Below, piece after piece: positions 26,201 through 36,244 of a stretch of DNA of 64,000 nt. The stretch spans positions 62,001 to 126,000 of the forward strand of contig NW_025215375.1 in the NCBI RefSeq assembly GCF_004010195.1, written 5' to 3'. Source of the stretch: Chiloscyllium plagiosum (Eukaryota). The notes under the pieces were generated by a model. The model ran no database searches and was not told the DNA's origin. It was given only the letters and a program-made list of their open reading frames with translations. Each line of letters begins with the position of its first letter. Position 1 is the first letter of the stretch. The position numbers were made by a program, and so were the translations under genes.

Positions 26201-27067
26201 CTCCCACATCATTGATTGGGTGCTAGCCGTAACTAAATTAATTTCTAAAAATGTTTTAAATTCTTGAGAGAAGAACCTTACAATTTTACTATCTGTCATC
26301 AGGAAGGGGTCCATATGCCAAAACCCGGATGATGTTTCATTGTTCCTCGCCTTGGTTTCCATATATTCAGCAGCGTGATCGGAAATTTCTATATTACCTA
26401 TTTTACAGGATGACATGGATTTTTTAAAAATAGAGGGGACAAAAATCATATCGATTCTGGTATAGCATTTATGTGGATTAGAGTAAAAAGAAAAATCTCT
26501 ACACTGTGGATGAAGGCATCTCCATATATCTACTAGTCCTATTTTTTGGTTCAAATCCAACAATTGTCTGGATCTGGGAGATACTCCTACAATACTCTTG
26601 GTAATCCTATCTATTTCCGGATCCATAATACAATTAAAGTCTCCTATAATTGTATGACGAGCACCGAGAGGCATCAAGTTTGAGAAAGTTTCCGTATTAA
26701 ATTTAAAAGGATGTGCTGGGGGTCAATACAAATTTAAAATCCCAATATTCCTCTCCATTTATAAGAGCTTTATTCAGAATATATCGTCCAGATTCATCTT
26801 TTATCTGAAGTAGGATTTTGAAAGGGAAATAATTCCGAATAAGAATAATAACTACCCTGCTTTTTGAGCTAAAAGAAGAAAAAAAAAGGCCTGATCAAAT
26901 CCACACTGTTGTAATTTCAAGTGTTCTTTATGCAATAATTGTGTCTCCTGTAAGAAAGCTATATCAACACTTTCGTTCTTGGCGTTTGATAATTTTTTCT
27001 TCCTTTGGACTGGTGAATTACTCCCCTTGACATTTCAGGTGCAGCACTTAACCGATCGATCAACCAT
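23262..27067 (-). pseudogene. L1 ORF2 (APE endonuclease, RT, C-terminal Cys/His knuckle), multiple frameshifts and stops
   Basis: IAFLQET, IIGDFN, YTRIDMIF, ISDHA, KAPGPDGF, YRSISLLNVDFKIL, SLDAEKAFDRVEW, GCRQGCPLSP, CPKCKIEVGTLVHCLCTC. Confidence 0.93.
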
Positions 27068-27775
27068 AATCGTTCAGGCAAATCCGAGACCCTCGGGAGG
27101 GGAAACCCTATCCAGAACATCCCAAGCATAGAGCATATAAAATTCACAAAAGAAGGCTCTCTAATACACTCACAGCAGTATAATAAAAAACCTATTTCTA
27201 AATTTAAAAAGAAACGTATTTAAATGGAGATTCTCCCCTTTGTTCCCAGGGGTATCACTTCCTTTCCAAAGGTCCATCATATCCGCTCCCAAGCAGTGCC
27301 CCTGCCTTGACCCAGGCGCTCCTCAATAGGATGAGGAAAATTCACAGATATTACAGAGCTAGAGTGAACACTGAGCACCCTACTCACCCCACACCCACAC
27401 CAACACTTGGATATATTTGTAATGTTAATACCGTGTGTAAACATATGTAACTATAAAATTGCAACCTCAACAAGTAATAATTAAATATAACAATACAAAA
27501 GAAAAAGGGAAAACAACCCCGCTCCTAGGGACAGAAATAAAATAGAGAAACGTAACCACCTCTCCCCACCAAAATTAACTAGACCCCCCAGCCTAACAAA
27601 AAAGAAGAACAAGGGGGGAGAAAATCGTTAAGTAGAGAACAAATAAATAAATCCCTCTCCCCACCCCCGCAAGATAATATTAAAAAGTAAGGTAAAAAAG
27701 GGATGTATATGTACAGAAAATGGAGGGGGGATGTAAACTGGAGTGGGGGGAACGCAAACCAACATCGGTTATCTC

Positions 27776-28579
27776 TTACAATTTATCTAAGAGAGTCCAA
27801 AAATTCCTTGGCCTTTTCCGGCGATCCGAAGTTATACACAGATCCTTCATGCTTAAAGCGGAGCATCGCTGAGTAGCGCAAGGAGTTACTGAAGATATAA
27901 GTCCTTTAACACTTCTTCGCCTCACCTTTCGGACCAGAGCTGGGGAAAAGTTCTGGAATAACATGACTTTGGATACTTTATAGATCATGGCTTGAGGATC
28001 ATTATCAAGATTTTTGGAGGCTTCTAAGAGTATCTGCCTCTCTCTCTTGCTCTGCAGCTTGAACAAGACCGGGCGGGGGCGTTGATTTAAGCCGGGCCCG
28101 CGTATTGGAACCCAGAAGGCCCATTCCACCATTACCTGGCCTGATCCAGCCTCCAGATTTAAAAGCTGTTGAAGCCACTGTTCAAGAAACGCTGTCAGCT
28201 GGCCTTCCTGTTCCCGTTGTTCGTCAATGTGGTTCGCTAAGGTCCGGACTCGCTGTTCGAGAGTCCGAACCCGATCCACGGCCGATTGTGCTGTAGTTTC
28301 GGTGGTCGCGGACTTTAGCTCCGCCCCTCCGACTCGGCGCTCGATTTCATGAATGTCTCAGACGTGATTTTGCAGCGCGGCCGAGAGTGAGTCCCATCGG
28401 CTTCGGGATTCTTCAATAAAAGCGTCGATCTTCGCATCCAGTTTGGAGATGATTTCCACGAGGCTCGCCACCGTAGGTAAGTCCCCCGTGGTGGCTGCAG
28501 ACGTCTCTGCTCGAGCTGGAGAGGGTGGGAGAGTGGCGCCTCCTGGCTGAAAGCTGCGGGCTCCCATCCCTTTAGTCAT
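27776..28579 (-). pseudogene. L1 ORF1 (Transposase_22-like RNA-binding protein), disrupted
   Basis: Coiled coil RVRTLEQRVRTLANHID; FLEQWLQQLL; RPRPVLFKL; LFQNFSPALVRK. Split across ORFs 28358-28609 and 27776-28279. Confidence 0.85.
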
Positions 28580-28734
28580 TTCACTGGAGATCAAATTGTT
28601 TAAATTCAATACTAAACAACTAATTGCATTAAGTGAAAGCTATTTTAAATTATTTGTTGAGTGTGGTGGGGTTGCGCGACCCACTTTGCCCAAGTTTTGG
28701 GGGCAGCACTGTCGACTCAGATTTGCTGGGTCGG

Positions 28735-28744
28735 CGCCATCTTG
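28735..28744 (-). promoter_or_regulatory. YY1-type motif (CAAGATGGCG) at the L1 5' end, a probable internal promoter element
   Basis: Located about 9 nt from the TSD-defined 5' end, the position of the YY1 site in mammalian L1 5' UTRs. Confidence 0.6.
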
Positions 28745-28989
28745 GATCTCTCAAAGTCTATTTTAAATTGGAAAATGTGCATTCATTCTGGAAAGTCCTA
28801 CAGGCATTCAGCTCTGGAGAAGACGTTTCTTCTTCAAGGAATTTATTGAACAGGAATCGTTTTGTTGAGTTAATCTTCTAAGCAGTTGAATATTTTTGTA
28901 TGTTTGATATGTATACAGATATATTTTTCTATTTTAACGTTGTGAAAAATTCTGTTAATAGGTATAATGATATTAAGGCCATATGTAAG

Positions 28990-31020
28990 GTAGCGAGGGA
29001 GATGGCTGGAAGTTATTATCCAGAAAAATCAAACAGATAGATGGGTGACTGTCAGGAAATGTAAGAAGAGAGTTCAAAAATCTTTGGTGGCTATTCCTCT
29101 ATCAAGCAGGTGTTCAGTTGTTGGTACTGTTGAAGGGAGTAGTCTCTCTGAGGAAAATGGAAGAGCCATCGATTATTGGACTGTTGGTACAATTCTTAGG
29201 TTAGAAGATTTAAAATTATAATTGCAACAGGGGACTCTCATGCCAGGGACATAGACAGGAGATTCTGTGGCAGTGAGCGAAAATTTGGGATGGCTTATTG
29301 GTTTCCCTGTGCTAGGATTATGAATATCTCTGTAAGTTTCAATCATATTGTTAAAGGTGTGATTTTGAAGCCAGAAATAATCGTATATATTGGTATGAAT
29401 GACATTTTTGGGAAAAGATTTAAACAGTCCGGAGTGAATTAAGAGATGATGTAGAGTATTAAAAATAAAACCGTAAAATAGTTATTTCTGTTTTGGTCCC
29501 AAAGCCAAATTCAAGCAGGGAAGGGAAAAAAGGTTAAAGGAGCAAAATCAATGGCATGAAAATCTGCTGTGTTTTTGACGGATTCAGATTTTTGGGAGAT
29601 TGGAATGTCTTTTGGAATAGAACACATCCGTTCCAAAAGGATTGGTCTAATCTAAACGGGAAAGCCACCAATATCTTAGCTGGGACATTTGCTCACACCA
29701 TAAAGACTGGCAAGGCAAGTGGATGTACTCTAAGTAGCAGTGTAAATGGTAGGATGGATGGAGAAAGCTTTGAATGTGATGGGAACATGACAATTAGAAA
29801 AGAAAGATGAGAGAATCAGATGATATAGTAATTCTGAATAACTAGAATGAATTTGCTTCAGTGCAAGGGGTTTTACAAGGAAGGCTGATCGACTCAGCCC
29901 GTGTTTCAGATCGTGGGATTGGGACGTCATAGCTATTATAGAAACTTGGCTGAGAGATGTTCAAGAGTGGTAATTCAATCTTCCAGGTGTTAGATGCTAT
30001 AGAAAGGATAGAAAATGAGACATGGGGTAGGGGAGTGGTGGGTGTGCTGGCCTGGCAATTTTGGTTAACGAATGAATTATTGCTTTAACTATGGAAAGTA
30101 TTTCGAAAAATCCATCCAGTTAAAATATATAGGCAGAAATTAAAAACTAAAAAGAAAAGAACGCTTCGAAGAGATTGTGCTACATGCTCATTTGTGACAA
30201 ATTGTCCGGTGAAAATATATTGGTAGAAATTAAAAGTCAGAGAGGAAAGAACACGTTGATGGAATTGTACTCTTTGCTCCCCTATAATAAGGAAGAAATT
30301 AAGAACAAATATGTAGGGAGATCCCAGTTATATGTAAACTTAATAAGGTTGTAATAATGGGGGATTACAAATTTCCAAACATTGACTGTGACTACCTTAG
30401 TGTTAAAGATTTGGATGGTGAAAAATTTGTCAAATGTGTCCAGGAAAATTATCTTTCTCAATCTGTGGTTGTTCCTATTAGAGAAAGAACAAATCTAGAC
30501 CTTCTTTTGTGCAATAGCAGGGTAGGTGACTGAAGTAAACGTGTGGGAATACTTTGGGAGTGCCATAAATTTTAATGGCGTGAGACAAGAACCTTTGAAG
30601 TTTGATTGGAGGAGACTGTTATTAGGTGATAACAACGTGTGACGAGTGGGACGTGTTCAAAAGTATGACAATGAGAGTTAAGAGGCATTATGTTAGTGTT
30701 AGAGTGAAGGGTAAGTCTGGTAAGATTAAGGAGCAATGGACGACTAAAGTTATTGAGGCTTTACACAAGAATAAAAGCGAATCTTAATTTAGATGGAGAC
30801 AACTTTATTCAATTGAATCTCTTAAACAATATAAAGCGAACAGGACATTACTTAGAGAGAAATCAAGAAAGCAAAAAGGGGATATGAGATAGCATTGACA
30901 GATAAGGTTAAGGGTAATATAAAAATATTGTACAGATACATTAAGACGAAGAGGGTAACTCGGAAGAGGGCAAGGCCTCTCAAAGATTAAGGAGGACATC
31001 TTTGTGTTGTACTAAAGCAG
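28990..31020 (+). mobile_element. Old decayed CR1 LINE (ORF1 esterase, APE and linker)
   Basis: IVYIGMNDI near 29380; GFRFLGDW...TNILAGTF; CFSARG, IAIIETWL; VIMGDYKFPNID. Confidence 0.8.
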
Positions 31021-31069
31021 ATGGGGAATAAAATCATTCCGTTCCCAGTGAATCAGACAGCGGCAAACA

Positions 31070-31360
31070 CACACTATTGTCTTCACCTCGCAATCATTCA
31101 GATTGAACTCCATCTGCCATTTGATCAAGATTCTTTTGTAATCTTAGAAAGCCTTCTTCACTGTCTACTGTGCCACCAGTTTTCGTCGTCATCCGCAAAT
31201 TTACTAACAATTTTTTAATATATTCTTATCCCAATCATTTACATAAGTGATCGAACAATGAAAACCCTGAAGCAACCTTTGTGGAACACTGCTGATCACA
31301 GGCCTCTGTCTGAAAAACAATCACCCACCATTACTCTCTGTGTCCGACGATTACGCCAAG
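31070..31360 (-). mobile_element. CR1 RT fragment
   Basis: Minus strand SKFADDDENW (ttttcgtcgtcatccgcaaatttact on +) and a QMEFNL motif. Confidence 0.65.
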
Positions 31361-31364
31361 TGAA

Positions 31365-31580
31365 AGTGTTTGAGAGAAACTCAGCAGTTCTGGCAGGGTT
31401 GGAACAGACAAAAACAGGGTTATCTATTTTGAGTCCATTATGACTTGTCAGAACAGGTTCATATCAGCCACAATATGTTAATATTGTTTCTCTCTCCAGA
31501 TCGTACTTCATATATTGCACTTCTCTGCCATTTTGTGCTGGTATTTTTAATTTCCATTATCTCTAATGTGTTACTTTACT
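31365..31580. mobile_element. Degenerate inverted-pair Penelope-derived short element
   Basis: gagaaactcagcagttctggcag... then tgtttctctctccaga...ttccattatctcta; same tail type as at 47870-47930 and 61540-61610. Confidence 0.45.
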
Positions 31581-32364
31581 GGGTGGGTCTCGATGTTATA
31601 TTTGAACAATTTGCTCCACACCTGTTCCCGTTACTTGTGCCGGTGACACGCGTAATAAACTAGACTCTGTTTCTTCTTTAAGATACAAAAATAACATTTT
31701 TCCAATATCTACTTAAATGCGCAAATCTCAACAAATTTATTTTGATTTAAAAGACATTTTAGAAATAGATACATTTAATGAAACAACAGGAATGGATTAT
31801 TGAAGATGACATCGTCCGTGTCCTTTAATAATAAGCTTGTCCCCTCAGGTTCTGAAAGCTTTTAATACATTTCTCAGAATAATTGCAGCAAAGATGGTGG
31901 TCATTCAGTCCATCATCCCTGTACCAACTCGACATGAGCAACATACCCAGTCTTATTTGATGTAACTCCCTTTAACCTCATGCATTATGTTATGTGTCTG
32001 CTTTTAAATTCTGATTATCTTCTTGAGGTATAAACAATCTTATCAAGCTGTATCGCCTGTGATTAAACAGTCTATCTGTAAAATATAATTCCATCCATCA
32101 CATTTAAAATTGCCTTTTCTATTCACGTTGTTTTTCAGCTTTCCATCTCCCAAGTGTCACCTTTGCTCTCACTCTGCATTGCAGATCATTCCATTTGTGA
32201 GAAAAAGTAAATGTTGAATAATCGTGACTGGTTGATGTTACAGTATTCCCCTCAAGTATGCTCAGCCACTTATTCCAGTCCTTTCTTTCACCCAGCCAAT
32301 ATCTGATTCGTTCCACCCCTGACTCTTTAATCCTTGGGTTTTAATGAACAAGGTTGTTGTACAT

Positions 32365-32990
32365 TGTTAAGGACCAGGCCAGTTCCCTGAAAACATTTTT
32401 AAGCACGTAGCGCAGACCGTAACTGTGATATTTGAAGGTCGGTGAATGGTGCATATTCGATGAGGGAATTTGCTGGTCACGCTGCCGAGTTTTAACTAAA
32501 CAACACTTATTTCCAAATTATGGAATGAAACACAATGAACCGTGAACACAGTACCGAATGATTCATCCTATCTGAAAACTACAGGCTATCCCGACTTAAA
32601 GATACTGTTCCAAAATGCTTGCAACAATCCCAATAAACAAACTCTTTCGCATAAATAGTAAAAATGACACAAAAAGCTTCAATGTTACAAATTCAGAAGG
32701 GCAGAATGATGGGGCAGCGTCCAGTTTCAACAGTGAACCTGACTCAGCTAACCCCCGAAGTGAACTGACCTGTGCAGCCAGAAAGCTGTCCAGTCGCCCT
32801 TGATTGTATCAGTTTTATTTTAAAAACTTGAAAGCCTTCTGCCTGAAGAATTATCTGTTAGGTATAAACAAAAGGGCACAAATGGAATATTCAAAATTCA
32901 GGCATGTTGGAACCTTGGGTCGTTTAGAACTTCTCTAGAAAATAAAAATCAATGACAACAAAACCTTGTAAAGGGACCAGCTTTGTGACA
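32365..32990 (-). mobile_element. Solo LTR related to the Gypsy LTRs at 36245-36900 and 39152-39661
   Basis: TG...CA termini; its reverse complement begins tgtcacaaagctggtcc (compare tatcataaagctcgtc at 36245) and ends gcttaaaaatgtttt...ctggcctggtccttaaca (compare 39620-39661). TSD not preserved. Confidence 0.75.
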
Positions 32991-33659
32991 AAAGAAATCA
33001 CATTTGGCTTTGGACTGAACGCAAAAGAATATGTAAGACTTACTGCTTTGAAGTCAATAAAGTGTATTAATATGTTTGTGAATTTACATAAAGCAGTGCT
33101 GAAACGCATTGTATGTTGAAGATACAACATTGCCTCATGAGAGCAATAAGAGAAATGCCCAGGCAAATCCACACCTCCTGTGTATTGGAGTGCAAATATC
33201 CCACTGTAAATCTATTGGTTCGTGCCTGGTCTACTGGAGGAGAGATTAGCACCGTAACAACGTCTTGATTGCGTTTTGTTTTTGGTGGGAGCAGAGATGT
33301 GGGTTCAGGTGGTTACAACATTTCAAACAGACACAACAGCAAAATTTTCTACCTGCAATAAGGAAACATCCGGCATTCTCCCTCACAACTGACTTCAGAA
33401 GAGCAATTCATGATGGAAAATGAGACCAATCGACAGCGATGTCACCATTCAATCCTGTCCAGTTACCATACCTAAAGGGGTTAACTAGAACTGTTTATTC
33501 TGTGATTGATGTCAGTCTGCATGGTTTCTAATTATGTCACTGCAGGATTTCCCTCTCCAATTAGTAAGGGCATTATTTCAATGTGTATTCCATTGTCGCG
33601 GCAGATACATCAATCCGAGACTAACAGGGATCAGCAGCGACAGAGTCAGGGAGAGGAGA

Positions 33660-33785
33660 GATCAAAATCTGAGAGCCATAGACTGGAATTTTACAACAAT
33701 GGATCAGAATCTGAGAGCATTAAACTGGAATTTTACAATAATGGATCAGAATCTGAGAACATTAGACTGGAATGTTCCAACAATG
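33660..33785 (+). repeat. 3 x 42-nt in-frame tandem repeat (DQNLRxLxWNxxxM)
   Basis: Units 33660-33701, 33702-33743 and 33744-33785, each ending in ATG. Confidence 0.95.
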
Positions 33786-33915
33786 GACAGGGGTCTATCC
33801 TATGGTTTTTATTATCTCTCCGTGTATTGGTCAAAATTACCGTGGCGGATATTAGGTGTACTGATTATTATTCAGGCAGGTTACTATCCCATGCTCGCTA
33901 TTGTTGGTGTTCCTG
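33699..33915 (+). CDS. GPR139-like: First coding exon of a GPR139-like class A GPCR (N-terminus plus first half of TM1), copy 1
   Basis: MDQNLRALNWNFTIMDQNLRTLDWNVPTMDRGLSYGFYYLSVYWSKLPWRILGVLIIIQAGYYPMLAIVGVP then G|GTAAGT (phase 1). YYPMLAIVGVP matches the GPR139/142-family TM1 (human YYSLLLCLGLP), which is interrupted at the same position. ATG context acaATGG. The start codon is uncertain and exon 2 was not found. Confidence 0.8.
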
Positions 33916-34579
33916 GTAAGTGTCCCCATGTCTTTCCAAATATTAATCTCATAAACCATTGTGAACTTCATTGCTATTTCTGTTACCTATATTTTGCAAA
34001 TACGTAAACTATTGTTTTCAGTTTCAATTGCTAACTGCATTCATTTTCAGAACTCCACCACTGCGCCCCCAAGCGCCTTCCTCACAAACATCTGAGAACA
34101 AGTCAGTTCACAATCATGATTTCCTATTTTGCCCTGAATTGTTTTATGTCTCGGTATTCACTCCATCACGAAATCTATCCCCTACCCGCTCCATTATATC
34201 CCCAGTACCCATCTGGCGTTCGTGCTATTGATAAATAAACTATGAACTATGCCTTGCTAAATTCATGTTTCATAGTTCCAGCTCTCTTCTAACACTCTTT
34301 CAGTTGAAAGTATTTGTATCATAACCTTGTTCGTGTCTCTGAAGTAAATTCATGATAGCGACACTGTGATAGAATACTAATGTCCCTGGCCATGCAATTC
34401 ACAGCCACAGGCTTTACAAGAAAGATACTGTTTCACACCCTACCACAGATGTCGTCAGAACCTAAATCCAAATGACAGGATTTCGAAATAAAAGCGAATT
34501 TCACTAATATCAACGATAACATCACCAACCCTTTGTCAATAAGTATATTCATCTCAATGATGCGCTTTGCTAATGAAAT

Positions 34580-34720
34580 CCAGCATTATTACCTGGTCTG
34601 GTTTAAGTCTGGCGTCAGACCCACAGCAATGTGCTTGGCTCTACACTGCTTGAAATAATGACCACACAGTAACGGGAGGTCAAACAATGCTGCACCTTTC
34701 AGTGATGCAGACATCCCATT
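34580..34720 (+). mobile_element. 3' fragment of a SINE/LINE-tail repeat
   Basis: cctggtctgg...cagacccacagcaatgtg...aatgctg...cagtgatgcagacatccca; related to the reverse complement of 35035-35300 and the tail at 52285. Confidence 0.5.
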
Positions 34721-35034
34721 TTATAACACCATTAAAGATTAAATAAAACAAAGAATGATGCTTGAGATCAGAAATAAAAAGAACTTGGAAGTGCCAATTA
34801 AACTGAGCAGATTTGGCAGCCCCGGGTCGAGACAACGAGAGAGATAGAGAGAAAGAAGCAAACAAAGGGATTATTGATGATCAGCTGGGATGGAAATAAA
34901 AAAAAGAGATTAATCTTATTTATTTTTCTCCTTTTTCCATATTGCTGAAAATCGTGACCATTTAGGTTATACATCAAAGTCACTGCTTAAAGTGAGTTAT
35001 TTCCTTTTGCCTGCCTTCACTGAGTGTGATAATC

Positions 35035-35510
35035 CACTTTTATTCATTAACGGATGCAGAGACAATATATAATTCCCCTTCTTCATTGTCCTTGACAAGG
35101 TGTTGGTGCGCTGCCTTCCTGACCCAATGCAGTCTGTGGGCTGTGAGTCGTCAATGCTTACATCGGTCTAGTTTCTTTTCTTTGAGAGTTTATATTGAGT
35201 GATATAACTGAGTGGCTGGCTAGGCCATTTCAAACTGCAACTGAGTGTTAATCACCTTGCTGTGGGTCTGGAGTCACACGTAGGCCTGACCAAGTGAAGA
35301 TGGTAGATTTACTTCTCTGGAGGGAATGAGGGTGCCAGGTATGACAATCGACAATATTTTCATTGTTTTATTTGATTTGTGATTCCTGATAGTCTATTGA
35401 ATTCAAATTCCAACATTTGCTGTGATTGGTTTCAAATCCGGGGTCTGGGTCATCACCTGGGTCACGGGATTAATATTCCAGTGACAATCCAGCTCGGCCA
35501 TCACCTCCTC
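35035..35510 (-). mobile_element. tRNA-headed SINE sharing its 3' tail with the LINE at 52270 (possibly SacSINE1/DeuSINE-like)
   Basis: Minus head gaggaggtgatggccgagctgg...cccggatttgaaacc; tail ccttgacaaggtgttggtgcgctgccttc matches 52343-52375. Confidence 0.55.
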
Positions 35511-35904
35511 AGCATCTCCAACCATCTCCACTGGCAATGGTGATGTTGCCGTTGGTGTGGCTTTGTATCATAAGGCAAAGAAATATATTGACAAAACATA
35601 TCATCCTTCTCATTTTGTATTTATGAGAAGACGAGGAAGTTGGAAGTTCTCTTTGAGAGAAGGATGTGGATGTCCCTGACCATCAGTAACTGACAGAATT
35701 CATAGAGAGCATTAAGTAATCAGCACAGCAAATGTGTGGTGTCCTTCGTGCAAAGTGATTAAAGTGTAAGAGTGAAGACACCTTAATCTGTAATGCTACA
35801 AAAGAGTAAAAACTGATTGCATTAAAGCTTGAGTGTTATGGACCAACATTCATTATTTCGAAAACAACTATAATATGGTTTGCGCGATACATGTCTTTGC
35901 ATTT

Positions 35905-36030
35905 GGGCAATATTTAGATAGGAAAGGGTGAGAAGGTGCAGGGAAACTGGGTGAGCATGGATGAACATTTTGGTCAACATGAACCAGTTTGGGCTAAAGG
36001 ACCTGTCTCCCTGCTGTAGGATTCTATGAA
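35905..36030 (+). mobile_element. CR1 3'-end fragment
   Basis: ggtcaacatgaaccagtttgggctaaaggacctgtctccctgctgtaggattctatga. Confidence 0.6.
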
Positions 36031-36244
36031 ACTATGATAGTTTATGTAGCTCTGTGGAGATCCCATGTTGGTAGCGAGCGATCTCCAGGTTCTGAATGAA
36101 CTCTCATCGTCTCAAAGTGCAGTTGATATGTGCCCCTGTATTGAACACGATGTTGTTCACAAATCTGTTAGCAGCTACCCTCTGATTCTGTTAACCATTC
36201 CCACCAGCTTCTGATCTCCATACAGAACACGAGCCTGACTTCTC

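Larger units (their letters stand above)
22906..28752 (-). mobile_element. Full-length L1-clade LINE (about 5.85 kb), inactivated
   Basis: 12-bp TSD aaagtctatttt (22894-22905 and 28753-28764); 5' end GAGAGATCCAAGATGGCG; ATTAAA plus a short A tail at the 3' end; ORF1 and ORF2 motifs present. Confidence 0.95.

Noticed and set aside
33534..34007. 157-aa single-exon ORF (and the 102-aa ORF 56669-56977) as complete genes
   Set aside because: Homology between paralogs and to GPR139 TM1 stops at GTAAGT, so the downstream codons are intron read-through. The upstream extensions differ between copies.
35834..35880. TGTTATGGAC as the 5' end of the Gypsy LTR (near inverted match to gtccatcaca at 36891-36900)
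   Set aside because: It gives no TSD. A start at 36245 gives TSD tctc and matches the solo-LTR start; 35834 is at most a tiny separate LTR-end fragment.
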